DNA of 64,000 nt, from NCBI GenBank assembly GCA_046152935.1, contig JBJXGB010000222.1, positions 1,648-65,647 on the forward strand. The letters run 5' to 3'. The notes under the pieces are model-generated. The model saw only the letters and a list, made by a program, of their open reading frames with translations. It had not been told where the DNA came from and did no database searches. Position numbers and translations under genes: made by a program. Positions within the stretch are counted from its first letter, which is position 1. Each line of letters starts with the position of its first letter. Shown one piece after another: positions 21,602 to 31,432 of the stretch. This DNA is from Cytophagales bacterium (GTDB taxonomy: Bacteria > Bacteroidota > Bacteroidia > Cytophagales > UBA9547).

Positions 21602-22426
21602 TTATTTAGTTCTCTTACTTATTATAAATGAATTAGAATACTTTTTAGGTGTTCTCGTCTTCAGACCTCTCGAATAAAGTCCTTTCCGCGAACGGGGTTG
21701 ACCACCAGAAGCTCTACCTTCACCACCGCCCATTGGGTGATCTACTGGATTCATTGCAACACCTCTGACACGCGGTCTAATACCTTTCCATCTATTTCTA
21801 CCTGCCTTCCCAACAGATAAATTGATATGATCTTCATTCGAAACTGAGCCCACAGTAGCTTTGCAAGTCAACAAAACCAATCTTAGCTCACCAGAAGGCA
21901 ACTTAATCGTAGCGTATTTCTCCTCGCGAGCAACCAATTGAGCGGAAGAGCCAGCGCTTCTAGCCAAACTGGCGCCATTGCCTGGTTTCAACTCTACATT
22001 GTGTATGAAGTTACCTAATGGTATTTCAGACAAAGTTAATGCATTGCCCAACTCCGGAGGAACTCCTTTACCAGATAGAACTGTTTGACCTACTTTCAAC
22101 CCTTTTGGGGCAATTATATATCTTTTTTCTCCATCGGCATAAAATAATAATGCAATGCGAGCGGTTCTATTTGGATCGTACTCAATCGTCTTCACAACCG
22201 CGGGTATGTTATCTTTATCTCTCTTAAAATCGATAATTCGATACGCCTGCTTGTGTCCACCACCTATGTATCGCATAGTCATAGCCCCTTCGCTATTTCT
22301 ACCACCACTTTTAGTTTTTTTAGCTATCAAAGACTTTTCAGGCTTTGAAGCTGTAATTTCATCAAAAGTAGGAGCTAACCTATGTCTTTGTCCGGGCGTA
22401 ACCGGTCTTAATTTTTTTATCGCCAT
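21602..22426 (-). CDS. rplB: 50S ribosomal protein L2
   Basis: [14 protein letters not shown]...[17 protein letters not shown] is canonical L2. Confidence 0.97.
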   Translation of the reverse strand: MAIKKLRPVTPGQRHRLAPTFDEITASKPEKSLIAKKTKSGGRNSEGAMTMRYIGGGHKQAYRIIDFKRDKDNIPAVVKTIEYDPNRTARIALLFYADGEKRYIIAPKGLKVGQTVLSGKGVPPELGNALTLSEIPLGNFIHNVELKPGNGASLARSAGSSAQLVAREEKYATIKLPSGELRLVLLTCKATVGSVSNEDHINLSVGKAGRNRWKGIRPRVRGVAMNPVDHPMGGGEGRASGGQPRSRKGLYSRGLKTRTPKKYSNSFIISKRTK

Positions 22427-22428
22427 GA

Positions 22429-22716
22429 TTATATACTGCTATAGAAATCAATAACTTCACCTTTCGCTAGGGTAACAAAAGCTTTTTTTATAGAGCTAGT
22501 TCTACCACTCAAGAACGATTTTTTAGTACTTCTAGATTTTTGTTTAGAAGATGTAATTAATGTATTAACAGCATCAACGTTCACATTGTAAGCTTTTTCA
22601 ACTGCTTTCTTAATCTCCACTTTATTGGCCTTCTTATCAACAATGAAGCCGTAAACTCCCTTATCATTTAAGGCCGTAACTTTCTCTGTAACGAGAGGCT
22701 TGATCAACACTTCCAT
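22429..22716 (-). CDS. rplW: 50S ribosomal protein L23
   Basis: 95-aa L23 (LIKPLVTEK...[22 protein letters not shown]) between rplD and rplB. Confidence 0.95.
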   Translation of the reverse strand: MEVLIKPLVTEKVTALNDKGVYGFIVDKKANKVEIKKAVEKAYNVNVDAVNTLITSSKQKSRSTKKSFLSGRTSSIKKAFVTLAKGEVIDFYSSI

Positions 22717-22720
22717 CGTA

Positions 22721-23341
22721 TTACAATTCGTTTAATTTTTGAACAGCAGATTCAGCAAGAAATATTATGTCAGAGTTTACCAAGTCATAAGTATTGACTG
22801 AATCAGCACATACTACTTTTGTATTTGGAATATTTCTTCCAGACATCACTACATTAATATTGACATCAGGTAAAATCAACAGTGTTTTTTTGTTTGCAAA
22901 TGAAAATGCATTCAAAAATTCTAAATATGATTTCGTTTTTGGTGCGTCAAAAGTGAAATCTTCAACTATTGTAATAAGACTCTCTTTTGCTTTTGAAGAA
23001 AGTATAGACTTTCTAGCAAGCAGCTTTAATTTTTTGTTCAACTTAAAGCTGTGGTCGCGTGGTTGTGGCCCAAAAACTCTTGCACCACCCACATAAATAT
23101 TGGCTTTTCTAGAACCATGTCTTGCTCCACCAGTACCTTTTTGCTTGAGCATCTTTCTGGTAGAATAATTTACCTCTGGTCTTTCTTTTGTTTTGGAAGT
23201 ACCTTGTCTTTGATTGGCAAGATATTGCTTAACATCTAGATAAACCGCATGTTCATTAGGCTCAATAGCGAAAACTTCGTCAGAAAGCTTTGTCTTTTTG
23301 CTGGTTGCTTTTCCCCCTATATTATATACAATAAGCTCCAT
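22721..23341 (-). CDS. rplD: 50S ribosomal protein L4
   Basis: QRQGTSKTKERPEVNYSTRKMLKQKGTGGARHGS is canonical L4. Confidence 0.96.
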   Translation of the reverse strand: MELIVYNIGGKATSKKTKLSDEVFAIEPNEHAVYLDVKQYLANQRQGTSKTKERPEVNYSTRKMLKQKGTGGARHGSRKANIYVGGARVFGPQPRDHSFKLNKKLKLLARKSILSSKAKESLITIVEDFTFDAPKTKSYLEFLNAFSFANKKTLLILPDVNINVVMSGRNIPNTKVVCADSVNTYDLVNSDIIFLAESAVQKLNEL

Positions 23342-23345
23342 TATA

Positions 23346-23969
23346 CTATTTCTCTAAATATACTATCGAATTATTAGACCCTGGAATCGATCCACTTATC
23401 AATACCAAGTTTTTCTCTGGATAAATTTTCACCACTTTCAAATTCTGAATAGTAGTTTGTTGGTTTCCCATACGACCACCCATTCTCATACCAGGCAATA
23501 CTCTTGACGGAAATGAACAAGCACCTATTGAACCTGGATGACGTAATCTATTGTGCTGACCATGAGTTTGACCTCCTACTCCACCAAAATTATATCTCTT
23601 CACAACACCTTGAAATCCTTTACCTTTCGAATCACCAACTGCATCTATAAAATCGCCTTCACTCAAGACTTCTTCCAACTTCACCACCTGACCAACTGTA
23701 AAGGTACCTTCTGTATCTCTAAATTCCATAATTCTTTGTGCTGCGTCAAGACCAGATTTTTTCAAGTGTCCTTGAATAGACTCTGTTGTATTTTTCTTCT
23801 TAGCTGCACCATAGGCCACTTGAATGGCACTGTATCCATCAGATTCTTTGGTCTTCACTTGTGTTACCACAACTGGACCCGCCTCTACCAATGTGCAAGG
23901 AATGGACTTAGCGTCTTCTTTGCTGTAAAAGCTTGTCATCCCTATTTTTTTGCCGATAATACCTGACAT
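23346..23969 (-). CDS. rplC: 50S ribosomal protein L3
   Basis: MSGIIGKKIGMTS... is the canonical L3 N-terminus, with ATG at 23969. The 24-codon extension to 24041 in the ORF track is non-homologous and rejected. Confidence 0.95.
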   Translation of the reverse strand: MSGIIGKKIGMTSFYSKEDAKSIPCTLVEAGPVVVTQVKTKESDGYSAIQVAYGAAKKKNTTESIQGHLKKSGLDAAQRIMEFRDTEGTFTVGQVVKLEEVLSEGDFIDAVGDSKGKGFQGVVKRYNFGGVGGQTHGQHNRLRHPGSIGACSFPSRVLPGMRMGGRMGNQQTTIQNLKVVKIYPEKNLVLISGSIPGSNNSIVYLEK

Positions 23970-24449
23970 TTTTTTATTTGTTTTTCCCGTGTTTCCGAAA
24001 AGGGATTGCAAAAGTAGTAATTCATTTTTGATTATCAACAATTAGAGCAAAAATATTTTATAAATTTATTGGTAATTGTAATATAATTTAATTTAATCAA
24101 TAAAAAATATAATTATACTAATGAATTAGTCAATTTTACGAATAAATATTTTTGTAAATAAATATTTTAATGCTAAAAAAGGGCGTATTATTGTACCGAC
24201 TGGTCTAATTTAGATTCGTTCTTGGAAGGAGATACATACTTTGGATTGAAACTTGCCACAACGATTAGCAAGGGCATAAAAACTGGCACCCTAAAATAGA
24301 GAGACTTTGTGTAAAATACGTTATTAATGCGTACACAGTGAAACCAGTAACGAGTTAAGAAAATTAAATATTAAAACGAAAGTATATCTGCAAGACTTAT
24401 TTCAAAGGAATTTAATTCATTCCGAAACCTATAACACCAATTAAAAAAT

Positions 24450-25028
24450 ATGAAGCACAATAAAGAAGGTATAGTGTTGAATGGAATGTATTATTTGTGG
24501 AAAACGGGATTTAATGCCAGTGGCATTACTGATATACTTAAATCTTGTGGTATTCCAAAAGGGTCTTTTTACAATTTATTTGAAACGAAAGAAGACTTTT
24601 GCATAGAGGCTCTGGATTTATATTGCAATATTATGCACACTGCCATGGAAGAGTATTTGCACGATAGAACATTCATTCCATTCGAAAGAATGAAAAATTT
24701 TTATATGTATCAGATTGAGCAGAGCTTTGATGAAGGGCAGATAAGGGGGTGCTTCATGTGTAACTTGGCACTTGAGATGTCGTATTCAAGCAAAAAAATA
24801 AGAAAGGAACTGAGCCAGCATCTTTCGACAAATTTGACATTGCTCGAGAAATGCATGAATGAGGCTGAACATAAAGGAATGCTTAATGAACTTTTAACGC
24901 CCTTTCAGGCTGCAGAATTGATACAAAATAATTGGTTTGGAGCCTTGTTAAGATCAAAAGCTACTGGAAAGGTGGAATCCCTCAACGAGTTTCTGATTGG
25001 AACTTTTGAAGTTTTAGAAAGCGAATAG
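24450..25028 (+). CDS. TetR/AcrR family transcriptional regulator
   Basis: N-terminal TetR HTH (GFNASGITDILKSCGIPKGSFYNLFETKEDF) plus a helical C-terminal ligand domain. 192 aa. Confidence 0.8.
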   Translation: MKHNKEGIVLNGMYYLWKTGFNASGITDILKSCGIPKGSFYNLFETKEDFCIEALDLYCNIMHTAMEEYLHDRTFIPFERMKNFYMYQIEQSFDEGQIRGCFMCNLALEMSYSSKKIRKELSQHLSTNLTLLEKCMNEAEHKGMLNELLTPFQAAELIQNNWFGALLRSKATGKVESLNEFLIGTFEVLESE

Positions 25029-25046
25029 TAGATTTCGAAGCCTAAC

Positions 25047-25066
25047 ATTGAGTTAAAAGACTCAAT
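25047..25066 (+). terminator. candidate terminator after the TetR gene
   Basis: ATTGAGT-TAAAAG-ACTCAAT hairpin (7-bp stem) followed by TTGTGT, 19 nt after the stop. Confidence 0.35.
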
Positions 25067-25086
25067 TTGTGTCGCTGTAATAAAAA

Positions 25087-25110
25087 GGAAAGGGTACCAT
25101 ATCCCTTTCC
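25087..25110. terminator. hairpin terminator between convergent TetR and fabI genes (best fit for fabI, - strand)
   Basis: GGAAAGGG-8 nt loop-CCCTTTCC. The preceding AAAAA becomes a T-run on the - strand. Lies 17 nt beyond the fabI stop. Confidence 0.55.
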
Positions 25111-25127
25111 TTAAGAATCATAGTGCA

Positions 25128-25940
25128 TTATTTATTCATTACTTCTATCATCCTTTCTGTGATGCCAGAATGCGAAAATCCTCCATCGTGAAGCAAATTT
25201 TGCATGGTAACCATTCGTGTAAAATCGGAGAACATTGCAATGCAATAACTGGCACAATCTGCTGCTGAGGCGTTGCCAAGAGGCGACATTCTATCAGCAA
25301 AATCAAAAAACACATCGAATCCCGAGATACCGCTACCTGCAGTAGTCTTGGTAGGTGATTGGGAGATGGTATTTACCCTTACTTTTTTGGATTTTGCAAG
25401 CCTTGCACCATAGCTACGAGCAATTGACTCTAACATGGCTTTTGCCTCTGCCATATCTGTATAATCTGGGAAATTTCTTTGCGCAGCTATATAAGTAAGT
25501 GCTACAATTGAACCCCATTCATTCAGTGAATCTTGTTTCTCTGCAACGTGCATTACCTTGTGGAACGAAAGTGCAGAAATATCTAAGGTTTTTAAATAGT
25601 CATCGTATTTCAAATCTCCGTAGGGGCGACCTTTGCGAATATTTGGGCTCATGCCGATAGAGTGTAGCACAAAATCGAGTTTGCCTCCCAAAATATCTAC
25701 CGAACCAGAGAATAATTTTTCAAGATCTTCAATTGAAGTAGCGTCTGCAGGAATCACAGTAGCGCCTGTAGCTTCAGCCAGTTTATTAATTTCGCCCAAA
25801 CGCATGGCTAAAGGAGCATTTGTAAGTGTAAATTTAGCACCTTCGGCATGTGCCAATTCTGCTACTTTCCAAGCAATTGAATTTTCATTTAGTGCACCAA
25901 ATATGATGCCTCTTTTTCCTTTTAAAAGATTGTAAGCCAT
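25128..25940 (-). CDS. fabI: enoyl-[acyl-carrier-protein] reductase (FabI type, SDR family)
   Basis: KGKRGIIFGALNENSIAWKVAE N-terminal Rossmann motif typical of FabI. Y..M...K active-site region (YTDMAEAKAMLE). 270 aa. Confidence 0.88.
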   Translation of the reverse strand: MAYNLLKGKRGIIFGALNENSIAWKVAELAHAEGAKFTLTNAPLAMRLGEINKLAEATGATVIPADATSIEDLEKLFSGSVDILGGKLDFVLHSIGMSPNIRKGRPYGDLKYDDYLKTLDISALSFHKVMHVAEKQDSLNEWGSIVALTYIAAQRNFPDYTDMAEAKAMLESIARSYGARLAKSKKVRVNTISQSPTKTTAGSGISGFDVFFDFADRMSPLGNASAADCASYCIAMFSDFTRMVTMQNLLHDGGFSHSGITERMIEVMNK

Positions 25941-26106
25941 TGATTATTAGTTTAATAGGTAACGAAAAATTGAATAGTGCCAATAATTGTACGTGAAAAT
26001 TAAGGTACGACTTGAAATTTATTGAAATTCAAAGATAGTGTATTGGATTTTAAAGATGAAATAATCTGAATCTCGTTGAAATTTGAGAAATATTCTAAAA
26101 GTGAAA

Positions 26107-27033
26107 TTAAGCTACTTTTCCTGCCAATAGAAAAATAACCGCCATTCGTATAGCAACACCATTTTCAACTTGTTCTAATATTACAGAATGCTTAGAATCG
26201 GCCACCTCGCTCGTAATTTCTACACCTCTATTGATCGGGCCCGGATGCAAAATTAAGATCTCTTTTTTTAAACCATCTAAAACATGCCTGTTGATGCCAT
26301 AATATGTAGCATATTCCCTCAACGAAGGGAAATATTTTAATTGTTGCCTTTCCAACTGAATTCGCAAAATATTGGCAACATCGCACCATTCCAAAGCCCT
26401 TCGTAAATCAGTTTCAATGGCAATTCCTAATTCTGATAGATATTTGGGAATAAGCGTAGTAGGCCCGCAAACCATGACTTCGGCTCCCATCTTCTTTAGC
26501 AAAAAGAAATTTGAAAGCGCTACTCTAGAATGTAAAATGTCACCAAAAATACAAACTTTCTTGCCTATGAGAGTTCCCAATTTCTCACGGATAGTATACG
26601 CATCTAGTAATGCTTGGGTTGGATGCTCGTGCGTGCCATCGCCTGCATTTACTACGATACAATTGGTATTTTCGGCTACAAAATGCGGAGAACCTACACT
26701 TGAATGTCTCATCACGATCATGTCTACCTTCATAGCCAATATATTGTTGACTGTGTCGAGCAAAGTTTCGCCTTTTTTTACAGAACTATTTGAGGATGTA
26801 AAATTTACAATGTCGGCACCCAACCTCTTTTGAGCCAGTTCAAAAGATAGTCTTGTGCGGGTTGAATTCTCAAAAAAAACATTGGCAATGGTAAGATCGC
26901 GAAGCGTAGGAAGGCGCTTAATTTGCCCCTGCAATAGTACTTTAAAATTGGTGGCAGTATCCAATATTAACTTAATGTCACCATGAGTGAGATTTTTAAT
27001 GCCAAGAAGATGCTTTGTGGTAAGCTGAGACAA
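26107..27033 (-). CDS. pyrB: aspartate carbamoyltransferase catalytic subunit
   Basis: ATCase/OTCase motifs (FENSTRTRLSFE, HPTQALLD, HPGPINRG). The only in-frame start at the expected N-terminus is TTG (27033). Confidence 0.93.
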   Translation of the reverse strand: MSQLTTKHLLGIKNLTHGDIKLILDTATNFKVLLQGQIKRLPTLRDLTIANVFFENSTRTRLSFELAQKRLGADIVNFTSSNSSVKKGETLLDTVNNILAMKVDMIVMRHSSVGSPHFVAENTNCIVVNAGDGTHEHPTQALLDAYTIREKLGTLIGKKVCIFGDILHSRVALSNFFLLKKMGAEVMVCGPTTLIPKYLSELGIAIETDLRRALEWCDVANILRIQLERQQLKYFPSLREYATYYGINRHVLDGLKKEILILHPGPINRGVEITSEVADSKHSVILEQVENGVAIRMAVIFLLAGKVA

Positions 27034-27064
27034 ATTTGAATCAGTTAAAATTTTCGAAATGTAG

Positions 27065-27607
27065 CTAATTTTTCGGTATCATCCATACGGAATCTTCCGG
27101 AACGCCCTGTTCTTTTAATTCTACCAGTACTTTTTCTGTTATCAATGTATTCACATTTTTACCAATATATTTTGGTTCGATCGGCAATTCGCGAGAATAT
27201 TTTCTATTGATTAATACCAATAACTCTACATTTTGCGGCCTTCCAAAGCTCAACATGGCATCGAGGCCAGCCCTGACAGAACGACCAGTGTATAGAACAT
27301 CGTCTACAATTATCACTTTTTTGTTTTCCAATGAAAAAGGAACATGCATGGCATTGGGAATAATATCGAGTGCCCTTCTGCCAAAATCATCTCTGTTAAA
27401 AGTGGAATCCAATGTGCCAAATTTTACATCGATCGAAAAATCGCTTGCCAAAAGCTTTTTGATCTTTTCTGCCAAAAAAACCCCTTTTGGTTGCAAACCC
27501 AGCAGTACAGATCTCGAAAAATCATCGTGGTTTTCAATAAGCTGATAGCACAATCTTTTAATTGTAATATTCAAAGATTCGCTATTAAAAATTAGCCTTT
27601 TATCCAT
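27065..27607 (-). CDS. pyrR: bifunctional pyrimidine operon regulator / uracil phosphoribosyltransferase PyrR
   Basis: PRTase PRPP-binding loop (VIIVDDVLYTGRSVRA) and a PyrR-type N-terminus. Adjacent to pyrB. ATG at 27607 is preferred over the TTG at 27613. Confidence 0.88.
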   Translation of the reverse strand: MDKRLIFNSESLNITIKRLCYQLIENHDDFSRSVLLGLQPKGVFLAEKIKKLLASDFSIDVKFGTLDSTFNRDDFGRRALDIIPNAMHVPFSLENKKVIIVDDVLYTGRSVRAGLDAMLSFGRPQNVELLVLINRKYSRELPIEPKYIGKNVNTLITEKVLVELKEQGVPEDSVWMIPKN

Positions 27608-27860
27608 GCCCAAATAAAATTAATAATTGTCAAAAATGAGAAACTAGGTACAAAATTACAACCCTTTGGTACATTTTTTTTGTCATGAACCATTTTACAA
27701 TTCAATAAGAAGTAGCAAATTCGTAGCCGGAACTGATTTTTGTCAGTTTACTTGGATGTAAAAAGTATTTTAATTAAAATGCACTCCGTTTGTACAATTT
27801 GAAGAAAGCAGCTTCATATTATATAAACTATTAAACAATAAATATAATTTTACCTACAAC

Positions 27861-29165
27861 ATGAACAGAAAACTAAAAGTATTAACTTTAGGTTGGGAAT
27901 TTCCGCCTATAATAAATGGTGGGTTAGGCGTAGCTTGCTATGGTTTAACCAAAGCTTTTAGTAAATATGTAAATATATCGTTGATACTTCCCAAAGGTGA
28001 GCCTAGCTTTTTGGCAAATAGCATAGAAACGATTGGTTTGAATACCATCGATGTTGAAAATTTGCAACTTCAAACTTCTACCTCTTCATACAAATTTTTA
28101 TCTGATGTAGATTTTATTGATGCCAATCTACTGCCCTATCAAACAAAAGACATTGAAATACTATCTGAAAAATATGCCACGACCGATCCTAAGATAATAA
28201 AGGAAAGACTGCAAAAAGATTTGAGCGTATTTGATACTGATGATTTATATGATGGATCGCTAGGAGAACGCGTGCAAAGTTTTGCCAAAGTAGCCACAAT
28301 ATTAGCCGCACAAAAGGATTTTGACATTATTCATGCCCATGATTGGATGACTTTTGTGGCTGGCATGGAAATAAAAGCATTCACTGGAAAGCCTTTGGTT
28401 TTGCATGTTCATTCTCTTGAAGTGGACAGAAACGGCCCTGAAAGCAAAGGTTGGGTATATCAGATTGAAAAATCGGCTATGGAATATGCCGATCTCATCG
28501 TGCCAGTGAGTAATTATACTGCTGGGGCCATAAAAACATTTTATGGTATAAATCCAGATAAAATTGTGGCAATACACAATGGAATAGAACAGGTGCAGGC
28601 CTATAGAAGCGAAAGCAGCCTACCAGAAAAAATTGTATTATTCCTTGGAAGGGTTACGGGACAGAAAGGCCCAGAATATTTCTTTGAGACTGCTGCAAAG
28701 GTGATAGAATTCATGCCCAATGTGCGATTTGTGATGGCTGGTTCGGGCAATATGCTGAAAGGAATCATTGAAAATAGTGCATACAAACATCTCGGCAATA
28801 AATTTCACTTTACCGGCTTTTTGAGCCAAGAAAGAGTAAGATATTTGCTTTCGATAGCAGATGTGTATGTAATGCCATCAGTATCGGAGCCTTTTGGGCT
28901 ATCGGCTCTGGAAGCCGCTCAATTTGGTGTACCTTGCGTAATCTCAAAACAATCTGGAGCGGCAGAAGTGCTACCAAGTGCACTGAAAGCCGATTTTTGG
29001 GATGTGGATAAAATGGCAGGAAACATCATTTCTATATTGAAATACAAGGGACTACGCGACCAGTTGGTAAAAGACGCTTACCACGATCTGAGTAAAATAA
29101 GCTGGGACAATACCGCTTCAGAATTATTTAGTTTGTTTCAAGAACGGTTTTCAACGACAAAATAG
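27861..29165 (+). CDS. GT-B glycosyltransferase (family 4/5-like, alpha-glucan/glycogen synthase-like)
   Basis: N-terminal GWEFPPIINGGLGVA motif and C-terminal E-x7-E region (PSVSEPFGLSALEAAQFGVP). Next to a GH57 gene. Confidence 0.65.
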   Translation: MNRKLKVLTLGWEFPPIINGGLGVACYGLTKAFSKYVNISLILPKGEPSFLANSIETIGLNTIDVENLQLQTSTSSYKFLSDVDFIDANLLPYQTKDIEILSEKYATTDPKIIKERLQKDLSVFDTDDLYDGSLGERVQSFAKVATILAAQKDFDIIHAHDWMTFVAGMEIKAFTGKPLVLHVHSLEVDRNGPESKGWVYQIEKSAMEYADLIVPVSNYTAGAIKTFYGINPDKIVAIHNGIEQVQAYRSESSLPEKIVLFLGRVTGQKGPEYFFETAAKVIEFMPNVRFVMAGSGNMLKGIIENSAYKHLGNKFHFTGFLSQERVRYLLSIADVYVMPSVSEPFGLSALEAAQFGVPCVISKQSGAAEVLPSALKADFWDVDKMAGNIISILKYKGLRDQLVKDAYHDLSKISWDNTASELFSLFQERFSTTK

Positions 29166-29221
29166 TTTATTGATAAAGGATGGCACCACTTGTTTCCGAT
29201 TAAAATTCTAAAATTGCATAC

Positions 29222-30415
29222 GTGAATATTTGCTTTTATTTTCAGGTTCATCAGCCATTTCGACTGTTGAATTATAATTTTTTTCAGATAGGAAAATCGC
29301 ATTTTTATGAAAATGAAATCTTAAATAGACAAATACTTCAGAAAATAGCACAAAATTGTTATTTGCAGACAAATGCACTGTTACTAGCACTCATAAATAA
29401 ATATCCTAGTGAATTTAATGTTTCCTTTAGTATTTCTGGAATGGCGCTCCGCCAATTTGAGCAATATCAACCCGAAGTAATACTTTCATTCCAAGCTTTG
29501 GCCAAAACTGGCCAAGTGGAATTTATTGGAGAAACATTTTATCATTCTTTGGCATCAGTCTATTCAAAAGAAGAATTTGAATCACAAATTAAGAAGCATG
29601 AGAAAGCGATTGGAAAATATTTTGGACAAAAACCAACTACATTTCGGAATACAGAATTGATTTTTGATGATAATGTTGCCCAAACGATTGAAGAATTAGG
29701 CTACAAAACCATTTTGGCGGAAGGAGTAGATCGAATTTTGAAAAATAGAAGCCCGCATCAAATCTATGCAGCATCTCAATGCAAAAATCTAAAAGTACTA
29801 TTACGAGATCATGACCTTTCTGATGATATTTCTTTTCGATTTAATGACGAAAAAGGAACAAATTTTCCATTGACTGTCAAGAAATTTGTAGATAAACTAA
29901 ATAAAATTGATAAATCAGCGGCTACTGTAAATTTATTTATGGACTATGAGACATTCGGGGAGCACCAGCCAGCTTCGAGCGGAATATTTACATTTCTAGA
30001 AGAACTTGTAATAGAATGTATTGATAATCAAGGCTATACGTTCAAATCGCCAAATCAAATTTCTGCTATTCTAGAGCCCAAAAATGAATATTCTGTAACG
30101 GACTATATTTCATGGGCCGACACGGAAAGAGATTTGTCGGCTTGGCTTAGTAATTCGATGCAATACGAGGCGTTGCATAAAATATATTCGCTTAGAAACG
30201 CTGTGCTGAGAACTGGTAGCCAAGATTTGATAGAGATTTGGTCGAGGCTGCAAACCTCCGATCACTACTATTATATGTGTACAAAATATTGGGCCGATGG
30301 CGATGTGCACAAATATTTCAGTCCATACAATTCGCCTTATGATGCGTACATTTTCTTTATGAATGTGGTTTCAGATTTTGAGCTGGTGCTGAAAAGAGCC
30401 CTGAAAACGAAATAA
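29222..30415 (+). CDS. glycoside hydrolase family 57 protein (alpha-glucan-active)
   Basis: N-terminal FYFQVHQPFRL and FMDYETFGEH blocks resemble GH57 signature regions. GTG start at 29222. Confidence 0.65.
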   Translation: MNICFYFQVHQPFRLLNYNFFQIGKSHFYENEILNRQILQKIAQNCYLQTNALLLALINKYPSEFNVSFSISGMALRQFEQYQPEVILSFQALAKTGQVEFIGETFYHSLASVYSKEEFESQIKKHEKAIGKYFGQKPTTFRNTELIFDDNVAQTIEELGYKTILAEGVDRILKNRSPHQIYAASQCKNLKVLLRDHDLSDDISFRFNDEKGTNFPLTVKKFVDKLNKIDKSAATVNLFMDYETFGEHQPASSGIFTFLEELVIECIDNQGYTFKSPNQISAILEPKNEYSVTDYISWADTERDLSAWLSNSMQYEALHKIYSLRNAVLRTGSQDLIEIWSRLQTSDHYYYMCTKYWADGDVHKYFSPYNSPYDAYIFFMNVVSDFELVLKRALKTK

Positions 30416-30622
30416 CATCCAAGTTGCTAAGTAAAGATTTATAGTATAAATTTGCAGAACACCTAAAACACGCTGCGCTTAAAAATGCATCGCAGGATAT
30501 AATAATGATTCATTATTGTACATATTAGTTTCAAAATGCCAATTCTAATCTTCTATATTTTTTAGCCCTTAACAAAATTTGACGAAAAGGGAAATTCTTA
30601 TTTCGCTAAACATTTCAATACT

Positions 30623-31363
30623 ATGGATTATAACACCCAGAGACAACAAATTCTACTGAAAGAATACGGCAGAAATATACAAGTAATGGTCGACAACTTA
30701 TTGCTAATAGATAATATTGAAAGCCGAAGCAAACAAACTGCCCAGCTGGTAGAATTGATGCGACAATTTGTGCAGCCAGGCGCAAAAGACAACAATGATG
30801 TAACCCATAAGATTTGGGACGACATATTTATTATTTCTGACTTTAAATTGGAAGTAGAAAGCCCGTTTCCAAAACCAGATGCCGCTGTTATTCACAAAAA
30901 GCCAGCTCCTTTGGGTTACAGCTATTCACAACCAAAATTAAAACATTATGGTAAAAACATTGAATTTTTAGTAAATAAAATTACTTCTATTGAAGATGGG
31001 TCTGAGAAGGAAAATGCTACAATCTATGTGGCAAGGTTGATGAAATCTTTCTTTGCCCAGTACAACAAGGAAGTGGTTGAAGATGAGGTAATTAAGGAGC
31101 AACTTTATCGGATTTCGAGTGGAAAAATAAAGCTTGATTTGGAAAAAATAAAGTCGGAAAATTTACTCGATTTATCAGGGGTACGAATAGACAATCGCAC
31201 GGAAAATGTAGCACCTAGTCGCCACAGAAACAACAATGGTAGAAGCAATAATGGAAGGAGTAGCAGCAACGATCGCAACACTTCAAATGGCAGGAGCAAT
31301 GAGAGAAGTAACAATACAAGAAACAACAGCAGCAGTGGTAGCAATAATAGACGAAGAAAATAG
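30623..31363 (+). CDS. DUF4290-family protein with N/R/S-rich C-terminal tail
   Basis: MDYNTQRQQILLKEYGRNIQVMVDNLL matches my memory of the conserved Bacteroidota DUF4290 N-terminus. The last 47 aa are an Asn/Arg/Ser repeat. Confidence 0.6.
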   Translation: MDYNTQRQQILLKEYGRNIQVMVDNLLLIDNIESRSKQTAQLVELMRQFVQPGAKDNNDVTHKIWDDIFIISDFKLEVESPFPKPDAAVIHKKPAPLGYSYSQPKLKHYGKNIEFLVNKITSIEDGSEKENATIYVARLMKSFFAQYNKEVVEDEVIKEQLYRISSGKIKLDLEKIKSENLLDLSGVRIDNRTENVAPSRHRNNNGRSNNGRSSSNDRNTSNGRSNERSNNTRNNSSSGSNNRRRK

Positions 31364-31432
31364 CTTTTTTGCCCTTACCCTACATAATTAAAGTTAGATA
31401 TTTTAAATAATAATCTTAGATAAATCTACCTA

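Noticed and set aside
23970-24041. N-terminal extensions of rplC (to 24041) and rpsM (12580-12636) given by the longest-ORF track.
   Set aside because: The canonical L3 (MSGIIGKKIGMTS) and S13 ([10 protein letters not shown]) N-termini start at internal ATGs. The rpsM extension would overlap rpmJ.
27614-27860. Looked for a PyrR-binding attenuator hairpin upstream of pyrR-pyrB.
   Set aside because: I found no ...UCCAGAGAGG...-type binding loop or terminator/antiterminator pair on the - strand.
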